A stretch of 63,888 nucleotides of DNA, filler included, from Sphacelaria rigidula (GCA_964200075.2; 11 parts of 11 records of this genome joined end to end with filler, not necessarily neighbours in it), one strand, 5' to 3'. Positions 11,800 to 25,624 are shown, counted from the whole stretch's first letter. Program-made: numbers and translations. Notes: generated by a model not told the origin, from the sequence alone.

Positions 11800-14700
11800 C
11801 GGTACGCTTCCTATGGCGACGTTTCCATAGACCAACAACTGTGGTTCCGCATTCCGACGCTGGCCGATTGGACCTGCACCAAAACCATCCTCCACGAAGG
11901 CACAGTCTACATCACGCCTCCATTCACTCGCACGGGTGGGGTTGAACGTCATTTTTGTAGCTCTGTATCGTGGAGCAGAAAGAAAACGTACGTGCTGCCG
12001 TTTCATAACATGAAACTGAGCCCCCCACCCACCCAGCATACCATGCGTCTTCGTGGCCGCGCACCCGTGATGAGCCCACTATGCCCTCGCCTGGCCAACC
12101 TTTGGAGGGTTTCCGCGTAGCGTACCGACGGCGAATATGCTGTGGTAAGCGAGGCAGAGGAATGGGACAGAGGAAGAATAGTTGTCGCCGGTCACCATCA
12201 CCCTCGAGCCCCTCCTTTGGATTGCCACTGTCGGGACGCGGTAAGGAGGACATACAGTACTGTTTGCGCAGTCTTCCCCAGCGGGAATGCAGCATGCCGA
12301 CTCAGACGCGGGTCCCCGTCGAGCCTCCCCTCGCAGACCTGGACGAATGCGAACCTTTAAGAGCATACACTGGCCCACATTTTGAGACGTTCGCATATGC
12401 AGAAATGACGAAGAGATCAGGGAAATCAGTCGTTATAGTGACAAGGAAGAGGGACAGGACTTGCACGTGTCATGTAAAGAATGGTACCTACGGAAACCAG
12501 AATCTCACCGTTTTCCACAGGCTTCAAAAGAATGTACCGCTGCTGCTGTTGTTGGGAAACCAATGCATGCAGAGCACGATATTCTCGTCCAAGGGGAGAC
12601 ACCGTCCGATTCCGCATGCATCATTCCACGCCTTGTTCAAGACTCCTGCCGATTTTCAACAACCATACAGCAACAAGGTCAAGGGCGACAGCCGAGCACG
12701 GCTAGGACGAGGATGGCCAACACGACTTCAGTGGTCCTATTACACGTGCGTGAGGAGATCATAGCGGTCGCCCGTTGACCCCTTCATCCCAGGTATCGCC
12801 TTCCATGCAGCACTGGCATCCGCATCCCTGTTGCTACAGACACAGCAGAATGTGCGTCGCAGATGAGTATTCCGCGTGTGCGGTGGAACAATCGTCGACC
12901 ACACATTTGCTTCAAGGTAAGCCAAGATGTGGTCAGGTATACGATGTAATCACAACAGGCTGTCAGAGGTGCCACATTACGGTTTCGGTGATGCCAAAAT
13001 GCCGAACCGTTGTCATTCATTGCACTATTTTCAGAGCAATATCTCCAACGTTGGTCCTCACCTGATAAAATCGGTAAAAATCTCTAAGCATCGCGAAAGA
13101 TTTTCAGCGATGACGGTCCAACCAATGAGCGGACGTCGCATGACATGAGCTGTGGCGTTTCACAAAGCACATGCATGAAACATGCCGTGTTCGTCTCGTC
13201 AAGATGTGCGAGTTGTTAACAGGGGTAATTCACTTCATATACACCCCGTTTACCTGCACCCGCCAATAGTTGGCGTTTACGGAGGCCATGTCAACCGTCC
13301 TCGTCATCCCCACCACCTCAGTTAAACCGAGCTATGTTAATCTGTGGTCAACCGCGGCCCGTATAAATTATCCGACTCCTGCATGTCAAGCACATACCGA
13401 CAGAATATGGGTAAAATACGCACCGGGTATGACGGAGGACATCCCAGTCGTAATCATCATGTTGCGTGGGCGCTCCACTGCTGGCCATGCAGAAGCAATC
13501 CCGTACGTAGATGAGGGTGAAAAGGTTTCCCGACATGCATCCCCCGACAGAGGCATACCCGAAAGTCCTGCCTGTGGTGCTCCACCAATCCTCATTAAAT
13601 CCAGTGCACACAAGGCCCAGGTGGATAATCATGCCAAGAACGGCTCCTTGGGATCCGTGATGCCACCGCGAAACGAGTGCTTCCGGCCCCGGCGGCGATC
13701 GCAGGCCTATCGCCCGCTTCGTGATAATCCCCTTGTTTGCGAGCATGCGTCTCGAAGTGGAAACACGGGAAATGCGGACGAAACGGCAAACATTGACAAG
13801 AGTGCGGGGCGACCTGCTATGTGCGCGCGGCGGCGACAATGCCCGCGGAGTTCAGCTTACCCTTTGCCCGCGGGTAGTGGCCCAAGGCGCATGAAACGGT
13901 CGTGGAGTGTGTGCCCATTAGAAGTTTTTGTGCTGAAATGTTGAAAACATTAAGAGTTGCTCAGCTCGGCCGCCCTTCCGCGCCCAGGACGTGTGGTGCG
14001 CGAAACGTTGCCGCCGCGGCAACAGGGTGAGCTGGAAGTGGTCCTCGCGAGGAGAGAATGATATAACGTTGTTAACGACATCGTTGTTGGCTATTGTTGC
14101 GAGATTTTCGGCTCATTTCGACGATTCGTTAACGCTTGCCGTGCAGATGCATGTTGGTATAGAACGCGCGTGCAAGCATTGATAGAGACCACGAGGCAGG
14201 ACGCCGCCCAGCCCTCGCACTGTGGCGCGATGGGTGTCGTTATTTTCGAAGCGGTATGTGCGTAGACCCAACACAAATTACTTTCCGTCGACAAAATTCT
14301 GCGTACCCTCCCCCTCCTCAGCAGTAGATCGGATTTTACCAAAGGGGGCGTCCAAGAACGTTCTGCACTATACTTTCCTGTCTGCGCCCGGCGAAATGTT
14401 CTATCCTGCGTGCGAAAAGTTTCGTCGGCAGGGAGTCGTGGGTGGTACCTGATCTCACCTATTGGCACGATGGGCCCGTAGCGTAAACTGGGTAGGAGGG
14501 GGTACAGTTGACGCCGATCAACAGAACAAAGTGTTCCCGGTGCGGCGTGTCCGATACGATTTACACATGTTTGGTCACCATCGCTTGCACTTTCGTCTAC
14601 GTTTCTTTTGTCCAATCCTCCTCCAACTTGATCAGGGTATCTTGGAAGTATTTCAAGTCGGTAGGATTCGGTCGATCAAGCGTTCGTCGCTGGAATCACG

Positions 14701-16420
14701 CTCCAGTTTGGTCAAGTCATTGGCACCGTCGCTGGCGCTTTGCATCTCACCGCGGGCGCACTTGCGCTTGCCCCTGGTTCGTATCTCCGACGTGGCCACT
14801 ACGCTTGAGTCTCTCGTGCGAGTGTGCATTCGGCATAACCCTGAACCCGCAGGACTCTGCGGATTTTGGCGACGCTGCCCAGCACGAGTGCCCCTGCAGA
14901 AAACTGAGATGCAAGTTTCGGACCGAACGATAGCGCCACCCCCGCTGACCACCCCATTCCTCCCTCCTGCCTTTGTTGTGGTTCTGTCGCCCCCCGTTGG
15001 CACCGACGACACGACTCCGCCCTGCGGGAGTGCCGTCAGTCGAGGCACCGGAATCCGTCTTTCCCCTCTTCCGTGGGCGGCGGGTGCTGCGCCGCAAAAT
15101 CTCTCCGCTCCACCCGTGCGCTTCCATCGCTCCCGCTCTCACTCTCGGGTGGCGGTGGTGTCGGCGTCACAACATTGGCCGCGTCCTGTGCCTCGGGTAT
15201 ATACATCAGCACTTTCCGCGAAGAGGACACGCGTGCACGCCGCGCGGCAGACATGCGAGTCTTCGTGCTTTGCTGTTCTGGTGGCGATGGTGACGGTAAC
15301 CCAGGCACGACAGGTAACCGGACTCTGCCAGCTGCAGGTCGTTTCGAAGACGGCGACTTTGCCAAGCCACCCACCGGCGATCTCACAGCCTTCGGACACC
15401 CATCATGCTCGGCTGCGTCCGTGGGTGTGTCTTGGACTCTACAGTGACCGTATTCCGCCACGGTTGCCACGGGTGTTGCAGGCACCGCTCCCGGTGTCGG
15501 CGTAGTGACCACTCGCGCAGTACCCGACGGTGATTGCGGGGTCGAACCGAATAGCGGAAAACGGAGAGATGGAGTTTCCCGGGGCCGCCTCCGAGGCCGA
15601 CGTTCCAACGTGAAAATGTACTGTCCGGCCAACCCCTGTACCAAACATGAAGCATCCCCCCGGCGGCCGCGATCGTGCCGTGGAGAGGGTGCACCAAGTG
15701 TGCTCACCGCAGCAGTCGGCACGGCACGCCACGCACGTTCCCATCCCCTTCTACCATTGGCATATTTGGCACGTGTCGACAATGCTTTCGGGTCTGGAGT
15801 CCATTCCCCATGCCTTCGACCAGGTTCAACGGCATGTGTACCCGAATCATGGCGAGTCGGCGGGTCCCCAGTGTTTGCGATGTCAGATAACGGTGGCCGA
15901 TGTCACTGCACGATTTCGCAGCAGCCTGAGTGTTCCACGCTGAGGCAGACGATTATGCCTTCCACACTTCGGCCCGCAAGCTCTGTCAAATACAGGGCAC
16001 TGGTGGCATGCGACATCAATCCTTCTCCCTCACATTGGCCGCTACTCTTTTCGTCATAGACACATATCAGATGGGTGTATAACCTCGCGTCGCCCCGTGT
16101 AAACAAGCCTGTGGCTTCACCATCTCGCAGGACCCGCAGCGAGGACAAGCTCTGGTTCCAGAACACGATGTTGTGGTCGACTGCCTCTGCCCCGAGTTTA
16201 GTTGCATCATTGCCGGCCCATTGGTACGCGTCCCCAGAAGCGTCATCCAGACCACCCACAAGAGCGTCGACCGTCGGGCGTCCATCCACTGCCCGTCCCG
16301 CCACCGCAATGGTCTTCCCGACGCCCGCCTACCCTGCACCTGCTGCGTGCAGTCGATCTTTTTTATCACGTACGTCTGCAATATCTTTTTCGTTTTCTGC
16401 ATCTATCAACGAGAAAACCT
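11800..16420 (-). pseudogene. Degenerate multi-frame transposase-like region, probably Plavaka/CACTA type
   Basis: Near 12830-12945 the minus strand reads HRIPDHILAYLEANVWSTIVPPHTRNTHLRRTFCCVCSNRD, resembling the H..I...G....ST...E..H....K..Y..SN motif of Plavaka/CACTA transposases. Downstream WYA, QLFFLC and DCAFVE motifs. Many stops and frameshifts; boundaries approximate. Confidence 0.38.
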
Positions 16421-16779
16421 AGGTTATGTACTGCGCAAGTCGCGGCGGGACAGCGTGGTACCCTGTGCACCTCGTACATTCAGCACGATCTGCAATCAGC
16501 ACTTGCCCTGTTCCACTACGCAATGTCTTACTCTGTGTTGCTCAAATGCGACCCTTAACGGTCCACCGTTTGCTCTTAGCCGCAAAGCACGTCGACCGAG
16601 TGAAACACAGGCAGGCGATGGCATTTGGACAGCGGCTGTGGGATCGACATCACACATAATATTTGCACCCCTCCACGCACCACGGTGAAACTACCCACCG
16701 GCGATGGACCGCTGTACTACTGCCAGAAAAGTGTTATTAGTATCGTCGACCGTATCTTACTGTGCTGCAACTTATTCCG

Positions 16780-17225
16780 ATCTTTGGATCTTGACAATAT
16801 ATGCGCATATCACGCGGGATAGTTAGTTGAAATATTGTATCGAAACAAGGCCCGGCGCGCAAAGGTTCACACCCTGGACAGTACAATGTGTTTTCAACAC
16901 AAATTAGTCGAGCATATTGAAATTTTGCTATATATTGCCGGCGTAATATATATTGGTACCCTTGGACTGCACACGTATTGCGCGCCCAGTATATATTGAT
17001 GTCGTGGGACTGCATACATGTTGCCCGCCCGATATGTATACCGGTACGGTGGGGTTGAAAAAATGTGGTCCCATCAATATATATTGGGGCAGTGTGGGCG
17101 GCAGCATATTGCACGACCAATACATATTAGGGTCGCATTGATGAGAACGTATTCACCCGTCAATATCCATTGGGTCTGCGTGGGTGCCAATGTATTCGCC
17201 AGTATATATATATATAGGATATTAT
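16780..17225. repeat. Dispersed array of (CA)ATATAT(A)TTG palindromic motifs
   Basis: More than 10 caatatatattg-like motifs with variable spacers. The same family forms a longer array at 41400-42360 and a short one at ~28400-28545. Confidence 0.7.
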
Positions 17226-17453
17226 AAGCGTGGTGTACACTTAATAAAAGATCCAGACGTGGTGGATGCCGGAACCAGTAACAACAAATTGTGCGAATTG
17301 AGGTTTAACTCCGAGACGAGGTTCAAGCCTAAAACAGTGATTTCCCCACATTTNNNNNNNNNNNNNNNNNNNNNNNNNNNNNNNNNNNNNNNNNNNNTTA
17401 ATTAATTAANNNNNNNNNNNNNNNNNNNNNNNNNNNNNNNNNNNNNNNNNNNN

Positions 17454-18720
17454 GAATGCAATAAACGCATCGGAAATCAAATCGGACACAGTTAAGGGCT
17501 CGTATAAACATAACGGGCTTTACTTATGGGACAGAGGAAGTATGTGTTTTGCGCAACACAGTCACACATGTCGGACATAAACAGCGACATGGTCGAAATA
17601 AAACTCTAGCCCGAAGGAAACAGAAACGCTCTTCTTGCGTTCTGGTGTCTCCTGTGTCCATGCTGTATGCATGTAAAGTTGAATTTTCCGTTTTTGAGAA
17701 CCAAATTTCCGTTTTTCATCATCAAAGTCTTAGACCCACCATCAGGGTTCCACGTATCGCCTATTAGGCGCATACGTTCAGGCACTGACAGCTTGGGTCG
17801 AAGGTTAAATCTCGCCCTCGTCGAAGGTGAACGGTGTTGGGAAAACATTGCACTATCTCATCAAGCTTTCGAATATGAAAAATGTCGCAGGGTGAAGTAG
17901 AGCTAAAGGGGTTTGTGAAGTGTACTGTTTTAAGAGTAGGTCTAATTGTCCCGCTTGCACCGGAGCGTTCACACGTAATCTTAGTAAGACATATACATAC
18001 ACGCCGTTGCGTTGCCAAGCTCTCGCAAGGAATAAGCCGCAGTTGCAATTTGACGTTCAACACCCAAGGAGGAAGAATAGAAAGAGTCCCGGCATGTGGA
18101 TTGATCGATAAGGAAGAGTCCATAGAAAGAACATCGCAGGACGAGTGAAAAACACGGACACGGTCGATATTCCGCAGCACCGATGGCTTCGAGGATATGG
18201 CGTTGACAGAGAAGATTTTGCTACATGAAAGTGAAAGGAGATCATGTGATGGATAAGAAAAAATGTGCGAGACGAGCAATAGGACCGCGGGGACGAAAAA
18301 TGAGAGAAAATGCGAAGATTACAGCGGAAGGGGAATAGTGTAAGTGAAAAGACGTCTGGGACATGAAGTGTGGAGAGTAGAGAAGGAGGGCGCGTGATGA
18401 TTGCGCGAAGCAGATGTGGAAGGATGTGGTGACAAAAGTAGGAGGTTGTGCGCCTGTCGATCATTTCAGTCAAGTATGGAAATCGGAAGAGAGTGATGAA
18501 AAGGACGTGGAGAAAAATGTAGAGGGATATTTGTCCAGGGGAAAAGGTGCGTGGTGGTTGCGCGAAGCCGAAGTGATGTTGGATGTCGAGACAAAGTACT
18601 CGGAGAGATGAAGTGGCGATGAAGTCGGCGCGGTGACGGGGAGATGAGATGGCGATGAAGCTGGAAAAGGCGGAGGAGGCCGTGAACATTCGTGACGATG
18701 ACGATCAAGTGGAAAGGATT
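17454..18720 (-). pseudogene. Degenerate Penelope-like element reverse transcriptase
   Basis: Colinear decayed motifs across frames: RARFNLRPKLSVP (cf. ARFYLLPKIHKP), LHAYSMDTGD (cf. LPSYIKDT), FLFPSG*SFISTMSL (cf. F.FP...IFTMDV.SLY) and ALNCVRFD (cf. TLNCFSFD). Confidence 0.45.
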
Positions 18721-21700
18721 TTCGAGTAGTGATCCTCTTTCGCATTTTTACTACATGAATATTGACTTTAAAAAAGAATACGTAAAAGAAACAAACCGTG
18801 AACGAACCGAAACTTGCAATTAACACGGTAAAATATGGACTTCAAAAATGGTAGACAAAGTACATGGGTAATAAACAGACCAAAACCCGAGTAGCTGACG
18901 TGTGCCACTCTGAACGAAATAAGAAAAAATAATGCAAAAAACACCGTAAGAGGAGAACGAAGAAATGAGCCAAAAGAAACGAATCAGGAAAAGGTCGACA
19001 ACGAGTAGCGGACTTGTGCATTCTGTACGTAATATAAAAAATGCAATGAACACCGTAAGACAGGAACTGCAAAAAGGAAACACGAAATACATTTCTATAA
19101 AAACAGACCAGAAGCCAATAACAGTGGATCCTGGAAAATGGGGTCCATCTCAAAAATGAGGTCAAGTGGCAGTTATTTTTTGCAGGGATGACGCGAAACA
19201 CTTACGACCGAGCGAAGTCATCTCCCCCCCAAAAAATGTCCGCAGCAGTTAAGCAGCTGTGGCTAGATGCACCGAACGAATGCGATGTACACGCGTGTCG
19301 ATGACGATATCACCGGAGAGAGAAACAAGGGCAGAGAGGGAAGCTCCTCGCCCGTGTCCTTTGTGTCTCCTCGCTCAGCGATTACCGATCGCTCGAGAGA
19401 CTGGCATCATGCATTTTACCAGCATGTCAAATTACTGCTGCACAGCCCATCGAAGAACGTCGAGGTGCGGAGGGATTCCGTCTCGTCTTGTCTTTGGAGC
19501 TAACCACCAATGCAACGATCGATTTCTCCCTGCCTCTCTTTTTGGACAAGACGCGCCTCTGTGCGCTGTAGAACACAGCGATGTTCCCGTCCCCGCTACT
19601 GTTGCCTGTCACACACATGCTAGCAAGGACGGTGCTGCGGCAATAACGAATAGATTAAATTTGACCTTGGGGGAAGGGTGTTATTTATCGTTGATTTTAC
19701 CCCACATCTGACCCTCTGGCTGCCCGACCAGAAGAGTGTGCTACACGCCCGTTGGGGGGGTTGTATGAGAGATCAAACACTTGTAGAGATCTTCTTGACA
19801 TGCGGAGTGAAAAACGATACCAATGGTGGTGACCTCACTGTTGCTAACGTGGTGCAGGGGGGTGAGTCCAGCACGGACGCACCGAATTGCTGCCTGAACA
19901 CCTCGCCACAGTACAGTAGATTTTCATATTAATTGCGATGTGAGAAGGTCATGCATTACAATCTGGAGCGAGATATGGTTGGATAAACTGTTGAATAATC
20001 TTTACACCATTGGGGGGGGGGCGTTGTTCCCCTGCAATGCTACCCGCTCATGTTATCGGATTCTCTGCGCAATCGTCGTTGCCGGTATAGACTGTTCAAC
20101 AATATTTTCCGTCATCGGGGGAGATGCCGTTTCGCTGCGGTGTCAACTGCTCCTGGGAAAAGCGTAATTTCCCATCTGCGCAGAGACCACTGGTCATCAA
20201 TGCTGGAACGGGTCCGAGAAGGCAGAACACGTACACTGATGACACCCAAACTAAATGTAGCACGAGAGACGCGGACTGGACCCGCACCATTGGCGTTGGC
20301 CCGAACAGTCATTCCCCGGGGCGGGCACGGAGGAACTTACACACTAGAAGCAGCATAAATGTCGTAGACGCCCCCCTACGAAGTATGCTTCGCCCTCGTG
20401 GGTCCCAAATGTTCTAAATATATATATATATATACTATATATAGTCTGTCTTCGGCTCATACGACAAGCTAGCGTAAATACTTAACGCCTGGCTCGCGCG
20501 GTATTATAAATTAACTGCCGAGTATCGCTATCATCTTGGAATCTCATCTCTTCTCGGCAGCGCGTTTAGGTCCTTGTATTTAGCACTCTCAACTTCGACC
20601 TAATGCATCAGCCCCTTATGTATCAGCCGACCGATGGAAGTCAAATGCATACAGCTTTTGATCCACGCCATCTATTAACATTGAGAGCATGACTGGTAAG
20701 GCAGTGTTTCTGCTTTGAAAAGGTTTTGAAAAAAAAAAACGATACGTGAAGAAAAATACAGCGCCATGAATTGGTTATTTCCCATCTCGTGAACCGACAG
20801 TACCAAGAACATTAGCTCGAGACTTCACACGACCACCAAAAAAGCTCAAAACAACGGAAGCGCACGTCTTGTTGGAAAAATACATACTGTGCAAACCTGG
20901 CTTTTACTGATGGCATGATCAACACTACTGAGAAACGCTTCGAGAACAAGACAACAAACCAACTCAAAATTACACAAAAAAAATGTTTTTGACCAGCCAG
21001 GTGTGTGTCCCGTCCATATATGTCAAATCAGAACGCCCCTCTCACCGCACGAACCACCTTGTTGGACTCGGGTGCCCACCTACGGACGCTCAAAGAAAAG
21101 ACTTGAACACTTCCGAGCACCAGACCGTTTTTCGGAATACGAACACCAACACTGATATCGTGAATCGGTTGGCACCGTCGACGCCTGTAACCCCCGACGC
21201 GATAGCACAGCCGATAAAAACCTCCTCTCTCCGTTGCCAGCATCGTCCCCAAGGACAGCGACAACAAATCATCACTCGCAGTACGGTGTACAGTATTGTG
21301 TTGTATTCCATAGTATTCTCAAACCCTGGCTGACTCACATGAATGTTTTCCGTGTCACAACAAGAAACTAAATGGCTTGCGAATACTTTCCGGAGCCCAC
21401 CTAAACATATTCACCTAGAGAGGTTTTACTACAGCGCTCAGGGGCTCAGGGGTTCAGAATATCAGCTTTCCGAAAACGGTATCACCTCAAAGTAGTAGCG
21501 GTGAGGAAAGTACGCCACCCACAGGAAGGAGGTGGGAGCCACGGTTTGGTCGTCCTTCCGCTGTTGGATCTTCTTCATCTGGAACATGATCCAAGACACA
21601 CATATCCACGCAAACACAGGCACGCGTTACATAAAAAAAAGTTAGATTGATGGTCCTTCTTCTTTTCGACCTGGCTTATTACAGCAACGAAACCTCATTG

Positions 21701-22049
21701 GATGGAACGTCACGAAAACTTAGGACTGAATTAAGAACAAAAAAATGGAATATGACAGCACGGCGCAATGGAGTGAAGTAGACATGATTGATTCGTTGAT
21801 CATAGGTTGATTGCTTGTCGCCGATGGATTGATCCGCGACGAAATCCAGACGTGGTCATTAGACACAAGACGGGCAGACGTACTCAGATACAACATAAAC
21901 GACAAAAACATTCGCTACTCGAGACAGGGCACCAGTGAGAACAAGAGCGGAAGGGAGGAATCAGAGTACACTGCAAAGAACACAATAAATGACGCGCGCG
22001 CGGGGGAGGGGAGGGGGGGGGTGGAAGGGGGCGCAATCAATCAAATTCT

Positions 22050-22055
22050 GATTCA

Positions 22056-22096
<41 letters not shown>

Positions 22097-22150
22097 CGCA
22101 CTTAAACTGACCCCCCAGAGATCCAGCCGTGGTCACATGACAGACGTACC
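22050..22150 (-). mobile_element. Non-LTR retroelement 3' end with (AATC)n microsatellite tail
   Basis: Minus strand ...gtgaccacggctggatc...tttaagtgcgac followed by (aatc) x ~9. The gtgcgac terminus is shared with SINE family B. Confidence 0.6.
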
Positions 22151-22429
22151 CGAGACAAAACAAAATTACAACACTCACTGAAGTGTAACAAAGTTAAAAA
22201 ACGAAAAAAAGGTAGAACAGGCAAACAGAGTAGACTGAGAAAAGAGGGGGGAGAAGGGACGAAAGTAGAAGAGAAAAACAAAGACACGGTACTACGAAAA
22301 ATAGGAGGTACCAGGTTGGAAGCTAGCCGGTCCCGGAACGTCCTTCCGCACAACACGACATGAACCAGAAACTCGCGATGTGTTCGACATACATGTACGC
22401 ACTTACATGCACCCCCCAACAAAGGTTTC

Positions 22430-22510
22430 GTGCTCCATCTCGAAAGGGGTTCATGGCCAATGGTCAAACGACCAAGGCAAGCAACGAATGAGTACGCCTC
22501 CCCCCCCCCC
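22430..22510 (+). mobile_element. Short LINE family A 3' fragment with oligo(C) tail and ~20-bp TSD
   Basis: Encodes APSRKGFMANGQTTKASNE*, then gtacgcctc + C-run. Flanked by ccccccaacaaaggtttcgt (22412-22431) and ccccccaaaaaaaaggttcgt (22505-22525). Confidence 0.75.
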
Positions 22511-23344
22511 AAAAAAAAGGTTCGTTCGAGAGGTTTTCAAATCATGAGAAGCGCACCGGCGATGAAGGTCCCGACAGACATTATTCATAGAAACAAAAAG
22601 GTGAAAGGACCCTACCAAAATTTTGCGTCGTGCTCCTTCTTTTGTTTTTCTCTGAGACAGAGTACAACCAATTATCATTACTGAGCACTGAACGAACGCT
22701 GCATCCTCTTTGCACGCTCTCTGGGAGCATCACGGGAAATGACAAATGGCCCACGCAAGTGCGATCGTACTCGTTTATGAACAACCGGTGGTGGGCGGTA
22801 AAGCTAACAAACAACGTACTGTAATGCCGACGAAGCCTCGGGCGTCGGCTCACTAAAGTCTAAAACCCATGGGGGGAGCGATGAACCCCGAGTGATGGGG
22901 TACAGGAAAATAAACACCCTTACCTGTTTTCGCAGAGAGGTTTGCACAATCGTGCAACAGCCATCTGGGATGCCAGTATCCATCTGGGACATCAGTACGC
23001 ATTTGGCACATAGATATCCGCTTCCGATGTCTATCTGGGATGTCAGCCCCATCCGCGATACCCACCGGGAACGTAGATACACACCTCATACGTACTTCCT
23101 TGCTTTCCCTCCTCGTTACCGTTTGGTTGTCCTTTTCTGTTCTTCTTGTCTTTTTTGGATCTTCCTATCTNNNNNNNNNNNNNNNNNNNNNNNNNNNNNN
23201 NNNNNNNNNNNNNNTTAATTAATTAANNNNNNNNNNNNNNNNNNNNNNNNNNNNNNNNNNNNNNNNNNNNTCATCAGACCATTGACCTCGCATCCCTACA
23301 AAGCCGGGACGGAGCACGCCGGGTTTTCGCCGGACCAGGCTTTT

Positions 23345-23905
23345 GGGGGGGGGGGGGAATACTCATTTGTTGCTGGCGTTTGTCGTGTGACAATTGACCA
23401 AGCATCTCTTTCGAGACGGAGCACCGTTCCTACTCCCAATAGAGGCACTTTCAACATTCGGGCGCTCACCAAGTTTTTCGAATTTTCCGCACATACACAA
23501 AAACGCTGTACACATCTTATCCCCTTCAGGTTTCACCGTCCGTGGCCATTGTTCATCTCCCGGTATAACCATCGTTTTCTCGATACCATCTAATGTGCCG
23601 AACGTTTCGCGCCACATTCGTTTCGTCCCCTCATATTTTAACACGTCCCATTTGTCCTTGCATCATCACGAGTCCTACCCTGTCGCTTTGCCACAGTGGC
23701 AATTCTGTACATCTGCTTCCGCCCCCACCCGATTACTAATATTTTTTTTTCTTTGTGGCAGGTCAAGGTTCCCGACCCGAAATCGCGGTTTCAACTTTTT
23801 CTCATAGCTAATTGGGCCGTGCAAGTATGGTTTCATTCGTATCTCTTCTCTCAACCCCCCGTATATTTTCACGTGATCTCCCTCGTCCACTTAGCGCTAA
23901 CTATA
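23345..23905 (-). pseudogene. LINE family A ORF2 C-terminal remnant with oligo(C) tail
   Basis: KKLKPRFRVGNLDLPQRKK...NCHCGKA, frameshift, then FGTLDGIEKTMVIPGDEQWP...ERPNVESASIGSRNGAPSRKRCLVNCHTTNASNK*, followed by gtattc + long C-run. The Cys cluster is typical of non-LTR ORF2 C-termini. Confidence 0.75.
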
Positions 23906-23997
23906 TTGGCCTGTCGTGTACGTTGCAAAGTTGCAACCCGCGTTATTTCATATTATATATTTAGACACACGCATACATGCACACATTTTCCCCTCAC

Positions 23998-24177
23998 CTG
24001 TCGCTTGAGACTCTCTAGCTCGGCAGCCTGAGCCTGTACAAGTCTCTTCATGTCCGCGGCGACCGAAATGGGATCGTCCTCGTCATCGTGGGCGAGCTCC
24101 TTGTTCATCCGAGCGTACTTCAAGATGTCGTCGATCACCACACCTTCGCTCAGGGCGTTGTGGAACAGCAACCAAGT
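23998..24177 (-). CDS. 1,3-beta-glucan synthase, exon e
   Basis: tag|ACT and CAG|GTGAGG, 60 codons. TWLLFHNALSEG joins to give QTWLLFHNALS (cf. QTRLLFNQAFS of callose synthases), followed by a coiled-coil-like tail. Confidence 0.85.
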
Positions 24178-24751
24178 CTATCCATATAGAGAAGGGGCGT
24201 GGGGTTGAGCAACCAGGGATAGGGGTTGAGCGACTACCAGGGACACGCGTTGTAATTTTCGAGCACTTCCAGTTTCACACTCAGAGCCTATGCAAAAACA
24301 CCACAAACTACTGAATACGCAAAAAAAATCTAGAGATCATGAGTTCGCTCGTCAGGAGTGATGATACGCTACGGGGGGCAGAAGTCGTCTTATTCTCATA
24401 ATCAGACCAACGGATGAGCATCCTCATGCACCACGTCACTCCTGCGCCTAGTGCAACGGTCCAGAGACATCATCGGAGTGCTCTCAGGCTGTCTCTCGAT
24501 CAATTCAAAACCTCATTATTTGGCGGAAATGGGGGCGAGGGGGGGGAGTTTTGCTTCTCCGGTTTGTGAGGAACACGCAAATCCCGCTGAAAAAAAGAAA
24601 ACAAAGAGACTGGCTTGTGAAAACATGTCCATTCACGGTTCATGCGATGCATGTTGACGTCAAATGGGGGAGACGAGCCTCGTGCTGCTGATTTCTCAAG
24701 TCGCGATGGACATTTCCGGTCCCAGAACACGCCTTGAAAAAATCATCATAC

Positions 24752-24929
24752 CTGAACGGTGCTCGGGAACTGAAGAGCGGAGAGTACGAAGAGGATGATG
24801 AATAGCAGGTGCCCGATCACAAAGTCGTGCATGTGCCACGTGTATCGAGCGAACTTGTAGCCACCCAGCAGTCCCACGGTAGTCAGCGCCGCTCCGATGT
24901 AGTACAGCCCGACCGCCACGCTGATATAC
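24752..24929 (-). CDS. 1,3-beta-glucan synthase, exon d
   Basis: ccag|G (phase 2, compatible with exon c) and CAG|GTATGA. Reads YISVAVGLYYIGAALTTVGLL...HDFVIGHLLFIILFVLSALQFPSTVQ. Confidence 0.85.
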
Positions 24930-25284
24930 CTGGAGATAACCCATGCAAGCAGATCACATCCATCGTCAAGCCCTGCTCTGCTACTCAATGAACCACAGGG
25001 TGCGGTGTACTGACAATTTCCCACCCGCGGGCGCAATTTTTCGTAAGGTTTGCACGTATCACTTCGCATCGCACGTAGGCCGTACAAAAGAAACACCCAT
25101 TCTCAAACGATCGCGTTCAAATCTCATTGTACGATCAGCTCAAGAGGGAAACAGACAAACAGCAAGAGTCCAAAAAAAGGCGATTGAGCTATGATTGCTT
25201 CTCATTTTCTCCCTCACTCACGCTTTAAAAGACGGAAATGATCAGATACTTTCAAGAAAAAATAAATAAATAAACGCGTTGACC

Positions 25285-25550
25285 TTGGACCTCGCATCCC
25301 TACAAAGCCGGGACGGAGCACGCCGGGTTTCCGCCGGACTAGGCTTACAATCAATCACCAGGCGCGAAGCGCCCTTATGCTTTCGGCGAGTCGCATGAAG
25401 GGTGAGCTGCATCTTGCTAAGAGAGTTCGGTTCGAAGCGTACTGATCATCCACTTGGATGACAGCCTCCAATGAACTGCTTCATTTTCTAGTATTGTCAC
25501 TTCCAGAGAAAGTCATGGGTTCCGCACTGCCTCATGGCTGTCTCACCATT
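25285..25550 (-). mobile_element. LINE family B 3' region in a glucan synthase intron
   Basis: Colinear with 31008-31305 and 62750-63040 (cagctcacccttcatgcgactcgccg...gcctggtccggc..aaacccggcgtgctccgtcccggctttgtagggatgcgaggtc). Short copies at 23281-23340 and 27485-27554. Confidence 0.75.
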
Positions 25551-25624
25551 GGTTGGGGGAGGGGGGAGGAGGAGGGGGGGCGGGGGGCTGAAAGGCTGTT
25601 GAACACGAGAAGATGCACGCTTAC

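Noticed and set aside
14462..15505. 347-aa plus-strand ORF
   Set aside because: GC-rich region with overlapping ORFs in most frames and no recognisable domain; likely a shadow of the decayed minus-strand element.
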